A program made the translations under genes and the position numbers. The notes under the pieces were generated by a model that saw only the letters and a program-made list of their open reading frames with translations, was not told where the DNA came from and made no database searches. From Octopus sinensis (lineage: Eukaryota), in contig NC_042997.1 in the NCBI RefSeq assembly GCF_006345805.1, forward strand, positions 107,198,001-107,262,000: a stretch of 64,000 nt of DNA. Reading direction: 5' to 3'. Shown in pieces: positions 1 to 13,353 of this stretch. Positions within the stretch are counted from its first letter, which is position 1. Every line of letters begins with the position of its first letter.

Positions 1-185
1 GATTTTTGCTTCAATAATGAGGCTGTAGTTCAGTCACAATCATATGTGTACCATTGCACAATCTTGACTGATCCAGGTTTGTGGTGGCGTACCTGATGGT
101 TCCAGACGGTTGAGGAATTCAAGAGGATAATGAACAGTATCATCTGTGTTGACAACTTTATCAATAGATTTATAGATGTGGCTAC
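1..185 (-). mobile_element. Helitron Pif1-like helicase fragment (decayed)
   Basis: Minus strand encodes [31 protein letters not shown] and, after a deletion, [22 protein letters not shown], both typical Helitron helicase motifs. Confidence 0.85.
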
Positions 186-419
186 CTCTATCCCTCCTTT
201 GTCTCGCTTGTTTTTTTCCCCTAACTCCCTTTCTATCTGTCTCCATGTATTTTTTCACTAAAGAGAAAAAGAAGTAGAGGTAGTGAGAGAGACATATATA
301 CAACCAGAGAGGGACATGTAGACAGAGAAAAAGCAGAGGTCTGGCAGTGATTTCAAAGGAATATATGTAATGTTAAACTTAGAGAAAGTTGGAGGTGGAT
401 TGAGTATTTTTTCACTCTG

Positions 420-1135
420 TATAAAGCATTATGGTGAAATAGAGAGTACATGGATTGCTAGAAATAGGAGCCAATACACCACCAATCCAGCTCCCACCCC
501 ACCAAAATTCCATTTTCAGTTATCTGTGGAATGGTTATATTTAAATGAAATGAAAACCTGAAATATTAATTTTATTTAGTGTTTTCAGCTGTTAACATAG
601 AAACAAACAAACTTTGCTTTTTATATTGTGTTTTCAGTGGTCAACATACAAACAAACAAGGAATCTTTACTTTTTATAAGGATATATAGACATTATGGTG
701 AAATAGACAGTACATGGATTGCTAGAAATACATGCCAATACACCATCAACTCGCCCTCCCCAATCCGTTTTTGGAAAATAAGTGCACAACTATTTACAGA
801 ACGGTCAGATTAATTTAAATGATGCGAAAAACCTGAAATATTATCAATTTTATTTAGTGTTTTCAGCAGCCAATGTACAAACAAACTTTGCTTTTTATAA
901 AGATGGAGATAAGATATAGACAGTACATGAATTGCTAGAAATAGGAGCTGATACTCTACCAACCAGCCTGTCTCCCCTCCCCTAATTTGTTTTTGGAAAA
1001 TAAGTGCACAATTATCAGTGGAATGGTCAAAATAATTTACAAAAAACTCGAAATATTCTCAATTTTATTTAGTGTTTTCAGCGGTCAACGTACAAACAAG
1101 CAAACTTTGTTTTTTATAAGGATAGAGATAATATA
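420..1135. repeat. Three diverged tandem units (about 213-264 bp), probably Helitron-associated
   Basis: Motif TAGA(C/G)AGTACATG(G/A)ATTGCTAGAAATA recurs at 440, 704 and 917, with shared downstream blocks. Confidence 0.75.
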
Positions 1136-1233
1136 TCAAGCCATTAAGAATGAAATATCCAATTTTGAACTGAAAGTTTATTTTACTTTATCTCAACAAA
1201 AAGCAATGCAGTTAATCAAAGTATGCACCTAAA

Positions 1234-1692
1234 TTATCAACACATTTTTGTCATTTTATCGGAAGTTTATTTATGCCAGCAGTGAAGAATTCTGGAGAGC
1301 AAGAGGTGATGAAATCATAAAAGGTTGTTTTTGCATCTTCTTCAGATTTGAAGTTTTTTCCTCGCAAAAACTTGTCTAATGCCTGGAAAGCAGGATAGTC
1401 AGTTGGTGCAAGGTCTGGTGAATATGATGGATGACAGAGTGCTTCCAAGTTCAGTTCCTGTAACATGAGTAATGTTCTTTGTGCATTGTGTGGTCAAGCA
1501 TTGTCATGCAAGAGAATTGGCCTGCCTCTGTTGACCAATCTTGGTTGTTTAATTGCAAGTTCATTCATCATTTCATCCAATTGGTTGATGCATACATCCG
1601 CTGTAATTGACTTACCGGGTCTCATGAATCTGTAGTGGATGACACCAGTGCAGGACCACCAAGCAGACACCATTAGCCTTTTTTGGTAAATA
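1234..1692 (-). mobile_element. Mariner (DD34D) transposase C-terminal fragment
   Basis: LLHDNA*PH...HPSYSPDLAPTDY with 34 residues between the second and third catalytic Asp; premature stop. Confidence 0.92.
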
Positions 1693-1779
1693 TTCTTTGT
1701 GTGTATATATATATATAGACACTATGTATATATACTATGTATGTGTGTATATATATATATATCATCATCATCAAAAATG

Positions 1780-2948
1780 CCTAGCCATCCCCCGATCCCT
1801 TATGTGGTTGTCAATGAGGAAACTAGGGATATGAATGGTTAGTGAGAGCTGTGGAAGCCATGTACAGGGACGCTGTCAGTAAGGTGAGGGTTGGCAACGA
1901 GTACAGTGAAGAATTCTGGGTAGAGGTAGGGGTCCACTAAGGTTCAGTCCTTAGCCCCCTCCTATTTATCATAGTCCTCCAGGCAATAACAGAGGAATTC
2001 AAGACAGGATGCCACTGGGAGCTCCCCTATGCTGAAGACCTTGCTGTAATTGCTGAGTCACTATCAAAACTCAAGGAGAAGTTTCAGGTGTGGAAACAAA
2101 GATTAGAATCGAAGGGCCTGAGAATCAACCTAGCTAAAACCAAAGTCCTAATAAGTAGGAAGGCAGGCAAACCACAAATCCCTTCAGGTAGATGGTCCTG
2201 CTTGGTCTGTAGAAAGGGCGTAGGTAGAAACTCTATAAGATGTACCCAGTGTATGCTATGGACACGAGAGGTGCAGCAATATCAAAGGAAGGCTAACTGG
2301 GAAGATAGTTTTTGTATGTGGCAGATGCTCAGGAGCAATAAACTTTGAAAATGTGCAGAGAACAACTTCTGCCACATTCCAGGGAGAAAAACTAGAAGTA
2401 GTTGATAACTTCTGTTATCTAGGTGACCAAGTCAGTAGCAGGGGAAGGTGTGCTGAAAGTGTAGCTGCTAGAATAAGAATAGCTTGGGCAAAGTTCAGAG
2501 AGCTCTTACCTCTGCTGGTGACAAAGGGCCTCTCGCTCAGAATAAAAGGTAGATTGTATGACGCATGTGTGTGAACAGCCATGCTACATGGCAGTGAAAC
2601 ATGGGCTGTGACTGCTGAGGACTTGCGTAAGTTCGCAAGGAATGAAGCCAGTATGATCCGATGGATATGTAATATCAGTGTGCATACTCGACAGAGTATA
2701 AGTACCTTGAGTGAAAAGTTGGACCTAAGAAACATCAGATGTGGTGTGCAAGAGAGACAACTGCACTGGTATGGTCATGTGGTGAGAATAGATGTGGATA
2801 GCTGTATGAAAAAATGCTACACCCGAGTGGTTGAGGGAACCTGTGGAAGAGGTAGACCCAAGAGGACCTGGGATGAAGTGGTGATGCATGACCTTCGAAC
2901 ATTAGGCTTCACCAAGGCAATGACTAGTGACCGAGACTTTTGGAAATA
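1780..2948 (+). mobile_element. RTE-clade LINE fragment (RT C-terminal half and post-RT region)
   Basis: GSVLSPLLFIIVL, YAEDL, FCYLGDQV, LHWYGHVVR, GRGRPKRTWDEVV motifs, broken by stops and frameshifts. Confidence 0.93.
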
Positions 2949-3089
2949 TGTAATTTACACACCCGCTAAAGTTTATTTTTATTTTTGCAATAAAAACTGC
3001 GTAAATTACATGGGTTTTTACGGTATATACTATATATATATATATACTCGTACGGCTGCACCTGGAGAAGCTGGACATTTTGAAAGGTA

Positions 3090-5620
3090 GCGCAAACAGT
3101 GATGAGAAACCCCACACAGAAAGCAGTGGTAACATCAAAGCCAAAGATAAAAAGCTCAACAAGGAAAGGAATGAGAAAATTGCAAACGCAATCCCAACAC
3201 CTCCCAAAGTAACAATGTAGAAGTAGAAAAAGAAGAAACCAGACGAAAGCCAAGTGAAAATGTTTCTAAAATAAACAAAAACCCAAATCAGATCCTCTCA
3301 GAGAAAAAAGGTCTATCTGCAAGTTCCACAAAAGAGGTGTCTGCTGGCATAGAGAGAGTGGGACAAACTGCCAATTTGCGCACCCAACGCTGGAGCAAAA
3401 TCCATCACTCACCAAATGAAAGAAACAACCACACTTGGCGAAAATCTATATCCCAGCACAAACCTGCAGAGAAGAAGGCCAGACAGAAATCATATGCAGA
3501 TACAGTACAAGCTGCTGCAGTTGAGCAACAACATTTTTTAAGTGCGGCACAGGAAATAGTGCAATGGCTGTCATGGCTACAGACAAAGCTGAGCTATGTG
3601 CCTTCACACACAAGACTTCCACAACTGATGGACCCTGGTTGGCCACCAAGCTACCCATCACACCAAAACCAATGCAGTTTCTAACTAATATAAGAGACTT
3701 GCTACAGAACAACAGCACCTGAAGAATCTTTCTGAGCACCTGAAGAATCTTTCTGCATGCAATCAAGCTATATGCATTGCACTTACAGAAACACATTTAT
3801 CTGCAGACATAAATGATGTGGAGATACACATACAAATGTGTGCTATCTTCCGTACAGGCAGAAGAAAAAGAAGTCAAAGTGGAGTTGCGATGAACATCTG
3901 CGAAGATGTCACGCCATTAACCCTGTTGTCGAACTTGGTGTGTGACACACTCATAGTAATATGCATGCTATATCGCATGCCTGATGCCTCAAATTATGAT
4001 GGAAAATTTGATTAACGTGCTACTATATTCCTGATGGATGACTTCGACTTCCCCAACATCAGGTATCCTGAGGGCAATATAACCCCTGGAATGACACACA
4101 AAGAATGAAATCAAGCAGAATCTCTGCTTGATCTTACGAAAATGCTATTCATGGAGCAGATCATACTCTCTCCAACCAGGCACAAAAATATCTTGGACCT
4201 CTGTTTTACAAGCAACATGGAAATTATCCACAACATAAATATATCACCGACAGTATTCTCAGACCATAACATGGTAGAACTGACAATGTATGGCCTGGAA
4301 TTAACTAAAGATAAACTCTGCACAGATGGCGCTCAAACCCTATCCAGCCTAAATTTCTATAAAGCTGACTGGAAATCAGTTAAAAAACAGATACTCTGGC
4401 AGGACTGGCCTACAAGCCTCTCTATGCAAGACATAGATATGAAACTCAATAAATTCATGCCAATGATGTGAGCCATATGCATTAAATATGTCCCAGAGAA
4501 GAGAACCAATATACACAAAAACATCATTCCTCGAGACAGGAGAATACTCATGCGGCAGAGAATAAAGATCTCAAATCATTTAAACAAATACATTAATGAC
4601 AGTGGGAAATCCCACCTGACAGAGGAACTCTTTGAGATAGAAAATAAACTCAAAATCTCCCATGAAAAAGATAGAGAAGAAAGAGAAACCTGGGCAGTCA
4701 AAAATGTAAAAAGAAATCCTAAAGCCTTCTACATATTGGCAAAGGAGTCTGCCTCAGTAAAGCTATAAGATAGGGGAAGACAAGTGAAGAACTAAATAAA
4801 CACTTCCAAAGTATTTTCACTTCTCCACTGGAACATAAACAAGCCAGAGGAGTTTTTCAATGTAAAAGAATTATTTGGGAAAGAGGCAACCATTGATTAC
4901 ATCAACATAACAGAAGAGGATGTAATATCAGTCATTGATGAGATAAGATCAAACTCAGCAACAGGTCTGGATGGACTCCCAGCTGTTCTCTTAAAAACAT
5001 GTAAAAAAGCTCTGGCAAAGCCACTGCATGTGGTAAACTTCCCAGCATGCTAACAGAAGGTATAATATGCTCTGTCCATTAAGGACGGAGCAGAACAGAT
5101 GCTAAAAGCTACAGGCCCATCTCTCTGATGTTAGCAAGACAATGGAATGCATTGTCAGAAAAAGGCTGATCACGTTCCTAGAAGAAAACAACCTTCTCAC
5201 ACACAAGCAACATGGCTTCCGTCCAAGGAGGAGCTGCAGCACAAGTACTGAAGCAACAGCTAAACCAGTCAGCTGTAGACGTGATAGACCTTGACTTTGC
5301 CAAGGCCTTCGACAGGGTTGATTATGGCATGATATGTCACAAGCTGCAAAACCTCGGTATTTATGGGAAACTGGGCCTGCAATTGTTGCCTGCCAGGCAA
5401 CCTTAGAGATCTACATGGTGTTGATGTGGAAGTTTTCAAGGAACGTCTGGACAGGTTTCTATCTTAGATACCATATGAACCCTCATCATGACAGGAGACA
5501 CAAAGAAGAGCAGCTCCGTCCAACTTGCTACTTCACCAAAAATAATAATGGAAACAACACCGAGTTACTATAGGCTTGACCTCAGCCCTGGCCTGAAACC
5601 AGTAGAAGATAAAAGATATA
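3090..5620 (+). mobile_element. CR1/L2-group (Crack-like) LINE, decayed ORF1 remnant and ORF2 (APE endonuclease + RT)
   Basis: IALTETHLSADINDVEI..FRTGRRKRSQSGVA, NILDLCFT..SDHN (APE), and DVIDLDFAKAFDRVD (RT); many frameshifts and an internal deletion; the ORF1 assignment is weak. Confidence 0.85.
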
Positions 5621-5636
5621 TATATATATAAACATT

Positions 5637-5686
<50 letters not shown>

Positions 5687-5989
5687 TATTATTAAAATAC
5701 CATCACAAGTGGTAAGCAAATTATTAGCCGTACAGACAAATTAATAAAATATATACATACAATATTAGATATGTACATATATATACAAGGGTACTACATG
5801 AGTACCTATATCGCTAATTATAGAAGTCATAAAATATTTCTGTACCACCGAATAGTTACAAATCCATTACAGACAAGATAGAAAAAAATATCAGTGAACA
5901 ATAATAAATGTCTTATCTCAAATGGGTCAGAACAAGTAAATGCTGGTCAACCTGGTACCAGTTTGGCGCTAAATTTCGAAACCGGTACC

Positions 5990-6747
5990 AGAAATGAAGC
6001 CAGTATGCTCCGATGGATGTGTAATATCAGTGTTCATACTCGACAGAGTGTAAGTACCTTGAGAGAAAAGTTGGACCTAAGAAGCATCAGTTGTTGTGTG
6101 CAAGAGAGACGTTGGCGCTGGTATAGTCATGTGGCGAGAATGAATGAAGATATTTGTGTGAAAAAGTGCCTGGGAACCTGTGGAAAAGGTAAACCCAGGA
6201 AAACCTGGGACAAGGTGGTGAAGCACGACCTTCGAACTTTAGGTCTCACCGAGGAAATGACTAGAGACCGAGACCTTTGGAAGTATGCTGTGCGTGAGAA
6301 GACCCGGCAGGACAAGTGAGACCATAACCCGTGGCCTCTACCTGGGATGTAGCCAGTCCACTTATGCATACCTTTCCTTCTTGGGACACAAAACTCTACT
6401 TGTGAAGACCTGTTGAGGTAAGTGAAAATCAAAATCGATCAACATCAATGGAAATTGTAGCTGTGATACCAGTGCCGGTGGCACGTAAGAGAACCATCCG
6501 AATGTGGCCATTGCCAGCGCTGCCCCGACTGGCCTCCGTGCCGGTGGCACATAAAAAGCAACATCCAATCGTGGCCGTTTGCCAGCCTCGTCTGGCACGT
6601 AAAAAGCACCCACTACACTCACGGAGTGTAGAAACATTGCCAGATCAGACTGGGCCTGGTGCAGCCTTCTGGCTTCCCAGACCCCAGTTGAACCATCCAA
6701 CCCATGCTAGCATGGAAAGCGGACGCTAAACGATGATGATGATGATG
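5990..6747 (+). mobile_element. 5'-truncated RTE LINE with full 3' UTR and (GAT)n tail
   Basis: [11 protein letters not shown]...GKGKPRKTWDKVV, 3' UTR with GTGCCGGTGGCAC repeats, ends GGACGCTAAACGATGATGATGATGATG. Confidence 0.93.
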
Positions 6748-7389
6748 TATAAATGCATAAGAAGCATACAAATACATACACACACATACATTTTTACAGA
6801 GTTAGTTTTATATACATCCTTGTATGTATATATATATATAGATTTGCTTTATATATATATATATATATATAAAGATTTGCTTCTTCATAACATTGAGAAA
6901 ATTAAATATTTCTTTTCTACAAATATGCTTCAGATCACACCATCGGTTACAACAATCACAAGCATCCAAAAATTCTTCACCACTCTTCCAACTTCATTTT
7001 TCCTCTTAAAAAAGGAAGGCTTTCGTCTACTTGAACTATATGTCATACAATTGCATGGCTGTCTGTCTGCTAATATTGCTGATGCACATGCAGCATGTCA
7101 CTGGCACTTCACATATAAAGTCCAGGATTATGTGAAAAAGTGTGAAGACTGTCAATTGACTTTCTTCCATAAAGGCATTAAAAGATTATTTGAAAATTAT
7201 AAAGAGAAATGAACAGTAGATTTGGACTGTCTGTATTTTAAAACCATGCATAATCATATCAATTTCATTATGCAAAAGACAGAATCGAAAAAAATTTGTA
7301 AAAATTCGTAAAAACACAAAAATCATGATGGGGTTTTAGCACATGCTTACATCGTAATTCCGCCCATTCATGTGTGTGTGTGCATGCAC

Positions 7390-10015
7390 GTGTGTAGTGG
7401 GTGGTTTTTATGTGCCACCAGCACAGGAGCCAGCAGGGTGGGCCTGGCAACGACCACGTTCAGATGGTGCTTTTTACATGTCACTGGCATAGGAGCCAGT
7501 CAGGGGGTACTAGTATCGGTCACGTTCAGTTGGTGCTTTTTACATGCCATTGGCATAGGAGCCAGTCAGGCAGACCTGGCATCAACCACATTTGGGTGGT
7601 GCTTTTTATGTGCCACGTTCAGTTGGTGCATTTTATGTGCCACCGGCATGGGAGCCAGTCAGGCAGACCTGGCATCAACCATGTTCAGATGGTACTTTGT
7701 ATGGGCCACCAGCATGGGAGCCAGTCTGGCGTCACTAGTCACAGCTACAATATTAGTTTTGACTCAACTGGTCTTCACAAGCCATATCATATCACCTGAC
7801 GCATCAGGAGTATTCTTAACAGGGCCAGACATGCAAGACTGCGATCTCACTTTAGTTGCTGAGTTTTCTCAATCACAGTGTATCTCCAAAGGTCCCAGTC
7901 TCCTGTCATTGCCTCTGTGAGGCCCAATGTTTGAAGGTCATGCTTCGCCACCTGATCCCATGTCTTCCTGGGTCTAACTCTTCCACAGGTTCCTACTACA
8001 GTTAGGGAGTGGCACTTCCTCACGCAGCTGTCTTCATTCATATGTAACACATGGCCATACCAGCACAGTCACCTCTCTTGCACACCACATTTGATGCTTC
8101 TTATGCCCAACTTTTCTCTCAGGGCGCTTACACTCTGTCATATATGCACACTGACATTACACATCCAGTGGATCATACCAGCTTCATTTCTTTCAAGCAT
8201 ATGCATGTCCTCAGCATTCATGGCCCATGTTTCACTATTGTGTAGCATGGTAGTTCACCATGAACAAGAGGTCCTTAGTTGCCAGCAGAGGTAGGAGCTA
8301 CCTGAACTTTACCCAGGCTGTTCTTACTCTAGTTACTACACTCTCAGAACAACCACCCCCAGTACAGACTTGATCGCCTAGGTAGCAGAAACTATTAACT
8401 ACTTCTAGTTTCTCCCCCTGGCGTCTGATCAAATCTGTTTTCTGTACATCTTCAGTGTTTATTGCCCCAGTACATCTGCCACACACAAAAATTATTTTCC
8501 CGGTTAACCTTCCTTTAATATTGCTGCACCTTTTATGTGTCCATAGTTTACAATGGGTACATTGTATGGAGTTTCTACACATCAAGCAGAGCCATCTTCC
8601 TGCAGGGGGTTGTGATTTGACAGCCTTCTTATTATGACTTTGGTTTTGGCTAGATTAACCATAAGGCCCTTCGATTCTAGACTTTGCTTCTACACCCTAA
8701 ACTTCGTCTCCAGTTCTGGCAATGACCCAGCTATCAGAGCAAGGTCATCGGCATAGAGGAACTCCCAGAGGCATCCTGTCTTGAATTCCTCTGTTATTGC
8801 CTGGAGGACTTTAATGAATAAGAGGGGGCTGAGGACTGATCCTTGGTGAGCCCCTACTTCTATTCGGAATTCTTCACTATATTCGTTGTCAACCCTCACC
8901 TTACTGACAGTGTCCCTATACAGGGCTTGTACAGCTCTTACCAGCCACTCATCTATATCCAGTTTCCGCATTGACCACCAGATAAGGGATCGGGGGACCC
9001 TGTTGAAAGCTTTCTTTGGCTAGGTATTTCTCCTGCAGTTGCCTTACCAGAAATGTAGCATCAGTGGTGCTTCTGCCTGGCACAAAGCTGAACTGCAACT
9101 CATCTAAGCTAACTCTCTCCCTAATTAGTTGGGCTATGACCCTCTCTGTAACTTTCATCACCTGATGCAATAATTTGATACCCCTGTTGTTATTTCTATC
9201 TAAAGCATCACCTTTCCCCTTGTAGTAGTTGACTATGGCACTGCTACACCAGTCATTGGGTATACTCCTTCATGAACTACCTGATTTACGATGTGGGTGA
9301 CAAGATCATAACCCACACCACCTGATATTTTAAGTATCCCAGCAGTGATTCCTTATGGACCAGGTGCTTTCCTTGTCTTCATTTCCTTAATTCTTTATCT
9401 CCCTGGGTGCTGTTGATTCGGATATCTGGTCCCTCAATTGGGTCAGCCTTTGGCAGACTCTCCTCCTCCCATTCATTCTCCACATTCAGCAGTCTTTCAT
9501 AATGGCTTCTCCAAGCCTTTTTCTTTGCAGAATCATTGAATGCAAGGCCACCATTATCCATGTGGACAAGTTTCTCTCCTATGACTTCACAGTTTTCTCT
9601 CACATATTGTCTTGCAATCCGAAATACTTCAGTTCTCTGGTCCTCATGTTACTGAACATTGGCAAACTTTTTGTCTGCTACTCCCTTGGCTATATATACC
9701 TGTCTCGTAGCTTCCCTTTTGGCTATCTTATATATTCTCCTGTTACCCCCACTCTTCCAGGCATTCCAGGCCTGTTTATTTGCACTAATGGCCCTGTCTA
9801 CAGTATTGTTCCACCACCATGTTACCCTAGGTCTGGAAGGGACATTGCACCAACCACAGATTTGGTCTGTGACATTCAGCAAGCTGTCTCACAGGAATTT
9901 TCTGCTGGTTCCAAGTCACAGGACTGTAACTCCTCTTCTCTATCATCAAATTTCTCGGTAAGGATATCCCTAAATCTCTTACCATGTGAAAGGTTCCTAA
10001 GCGTCCAAGTCCTTC
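7390..10015 (-). mobile_element. Long RTE LINE copy (pre-RT region, RT, 3' UTR with 66-bp array)
   Basis: QFSFVPGRSTTDA, AHQGSVLSPLLF, LYADDL, GRVRPRKTW on the minus strand; multiple disablements; both ends abut microsatellites. Confidence 0.93.
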
Positions 10016-10019
10016 TTTT

Positions 10020-10062
<43 letters not shown>

Positions 10063-10198
10063 TTATAAAAATAGGGTTCAGTAAAATAATTTACTTTACC
10101 ACACACCAAACTTTTTAGAAATAGCATCCAAAAATCTTAGCTATTTCTTCTACAGTAAGAATGACAATATATATATATATACATATATGTATGTATGC

Positions 10199-10235
<37 letters not shown>

Positions 10236-11212
10236 TGAGATAATAGTTTCAGTATTAACAGTGACACTATTAAAATTATTTTCATCAGTATTTCTGAACT
10301 TCTTTCTGAAAGTAATTTGTTGTTGTTTGTAAATAGTGATTGAAAACTTACAGTGAAAATAATAGCAATTGAACTTAAAGTGAAAACAATAGCATCTGAA
10401 AAATGCAAGTGTAAATGAAAGAGAGTGAGTGAGATATAAAGGGAGAGAGAGAGAGAGCTAGCTCGTTAGACAAATAAGATAGATATAGATAGATAAGATA
10501 TAAACAAATAGATACAGTGATATAGAGAGAGATGGATAGAGAAATATAGACATCACTGATGCTAGAAAACCGGAAGTAAATATTTTTTTAAACTTTCAAA
10601 AATATGAATCTAATATAAAAAGCAATTTTTGTTTTCCCCTTATGACCAATGGATGTAAAGGAGACAATCAATTTCTGAAAGTTACTTCACAAAGAGTTAC
10701 CTTCCTTCTCCACATAACTCAGGAATGAGCGTTTTCTGCCCCGAGGGGGCCAGTTACTCATTATGTGAAAAATTTTAAGAGTCTAAAACCATCCCTCGAA
10801 CATAAGTAATGTATATTCCCAGTTTGGAGATAATCATTTGAAAAATACAGCTATTATAATCTTTTACACACACACAGACAGAACGGGATTTACATTATAA
10901 TTTACCCCTCCTGTATGTATATATTATATTTTATATTTTATCTAGTTTCAGCTCACGAGCTGTGGCCATGCTGGGGCTCCGCCAGTGTATTTTTATAAGA
11001 GAAAAATATGTAATAATTGAAGTAGGGTGAGGGCAGTGTAACCAAACTCTCATACACCAAATAAGCCGACAAATGTATATGCAGGAGTGATGAGGTGAAC
11101 CCCCCCAGCCTAAGGAAATCAGCCAAAAGATAATCATAAGTAACTACAGTGGTGCTCCAGCATGAACACAGCTACATGGCTGAAGCAGATAAAAGAATGT
11201 GTGTGTGTGTGT

Positions 11213-12351
11213 GTCATCATCATCATTTAACGTCCGCTTTCCATGCTAGCATGGGTTGGATGATTTGACTGAGGACTGGCGAACCAGATGGTTGCACCAG
11301 GCTCCAATCTTGATCTGGCAGAGTTTCTACAGCTGGATGCCCTTCTTAACGCCCACCACTCCGAGAGTGTAGTCGGTGCTTTTACCTGCCACCAGCACGA
11401 GGGCCAGTCAGGCGGTACTGGCAATGCCACACTCAAATGGTGTTTTTTACATGCCACCTGCACAAGAGCCAGTCCAGCGGCACTGGCAATGACTTTGCTT
11501 GAATGTTTTTTCATGTGCCAGTAAGGCAACACTGGTAACGATCACACTTGAATGGTGCTTTTTACGTGCCACCAGCACGGAATCCAGTTGGCTGCTCTGG
11601 CAACGATCAGGCTCGGATGGTGCTCTTAGCGTTCCACTAGCATGGATGCCAGTCATCAAATTTGATTTCGATTTCACTTGCCTCAACAGGTCTTCGCAAG
11701 CAGAGTTTAGTGTCCAATGAAGGAAAGGTGTGCATAAGTGGGCTGGTTATACCCCTGGCATAAGCCACAAGGTTATGGCACAACTTGGCTTGCCAGGTCT
11801 TTTCAAGCACAGCATATTTCCAAAGGTCTCGGTCACTAGTCATTGCCTCGGTGAGGCCTAATGTTCGAAGGTCGTGCTTCACCACTTCATCCCAGGTCTT
11901 CCTGGGTCTACCTCTTTCACAGGTTCCCTCAACTGCTAGGGTGTGGCACTTTTTCTCACAGCTATCCTCATCCATTCTCACCGCATGACCAGTGCAGTCG
12001 TCTCTCTTGCACACCACATCTGATGTTTCTTAGGTCCAACTTTTCTCTCAAGGTACTTACACTCTGTCAAGTATGCACACTGACATTACACATCCAGTGG
12101 AGCATACTGGCTTCATTCCTTGCGAGCTTACGCATATCCTCAAAAGTCACGGCCCATGTTTCACTGCCATGTAGCATGGCTGTTCGTACACATGCATCAT
12201 ACAATCTACCTTTCACTCTGAGCGAGAGGCCCTTTGTCACCAGCAGAGGTAGGAGATCTCTGAACTTTGCCCAGGCTATTCTTATTCTAGCAGCTACACT
12301 TTCAGTGCACCCTCCCCTGCTACTGACTTGGTCACCTAGGTAACGGAAGCT

Positions 12352-12352
<1 letters not shown>
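11213..12352 (-). mobile_element. 5'-truncated RTE LINE with (CAT)n tail on the + strand
   Basis: FRYLGDQVSSRGG...[15 protein letters not shown]; 3' UTR repeats; flanked by (GT)n and (AT)n. Confidence 0.93.
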
Positions 12353-12391
<39 letters not shown>

Positions 12392-12712
12392 CATGCATAC
12401 CTACATATATGTGTGTGTGTGTATGTATATATAAATAATAAATATATAAAACAAAAATAGAAAAAGAGAGACAGAAAATGGAATACATGGAAAACTAAAG
12501 AGGCCCCAATCTTATTTGGCATGGTTTCTGTGGCTGGATGTCTTCCTTAATGCCAACCACTTTACAGGGTCTACTAAGTGCTTTTATGTGGTACTGGCAC
12601 AGACCTCTTTTGCAGGCCTATCGTCTTCGGGGGAGAGGGGGGGCTTATTGCTTCTGCTATGAGGACAATAAAGTGCCAGGTATCCCAGTCTTTTGTCATT
12701 CTGTCTGTATAT

Positions 12713-13310
12713 TATCATCATCATTTAACGTCTGCTTTCCATGCTGGCATGGGTTGGGCATTTTGACTGAATACTGGTAGGTCAGGGAGCTGCACCAGGT
12801 TTTGATCGGTTTTGGCAAGGTTTTTCTGCTGGATGCCCTTCCTAACACCAACCACTCTGACATTGTAGCGGGTGTTTTTTATGTGTTACTGGCATGTGTG
12901 CCATTGACCTGACTCTGGCATCAGCCACGATTACAATCTCATTTAGCTTGACAGGTCTACACATGCATGGTATATTGCCAAGGGTCTTGGTAACCTGTCA
13001 CTGCCTCCGTGAGGCCCATTGCTTGAATGGTGCTTTTTACACGCCAGTCAGACGGCACTGGCATTGGCAAGTCTATGATTTCACTTGGCTTGATGGGTAC
13101 CTCAAGCACGGAATATCGCCAAGGGTCTGAGTCGCTTGTCATTGCCTCTGTGAGGCCCAACATTCAAAGATCATTGTCCCATATCTTCCTGGGTCTACCT
13201 CTTCCACAGGTTTCCTCCAGTTTGTGTGACACTTCTCCATACTGCTGTTCTCATCTATACACATCACATGACGATACCAGCACAGTTGTCTCTCTTGTGC
13301 ACCTTTTGTC
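12713..13310 (-). mobile_element. RTE LINE 3' fragment
   Basis: (CAT)n tail, conserved 3' [20 protein letters not shown] remnant. Confidence 0.85.
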
Positions 13311-13353
13311 AATTTTCCTTAGCTTTTGGTCTTGATAGTCATTCATAACTGTG

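Noticed and set aside
5950-5990. Third hammerhead at GGTACCAGTTT..CGAAACCGGTACC
   Set aside because: Has GAAA and a palindromic ACCGGT but no CUGANGA core; at most a rearranged half-motif.
7400-7740. CRISPR-like array (conserved block plus variable block)
   Set aside because: The variable parts are homologous to each other, the array is part of an RTE 3' UTR, and there are no cas genes; the context is animal DNA.
7372-7920. 182-aa and 132-aa ORFs as host genes
   Set aside because: They are antisense to an RTE 3' UTR and are open because of the 66-nt period; no splice or homology support.
9502-10068. 188-aa ORF
   Set aside because: Antisense shadow of RTE ORF2 running into (AT)n.
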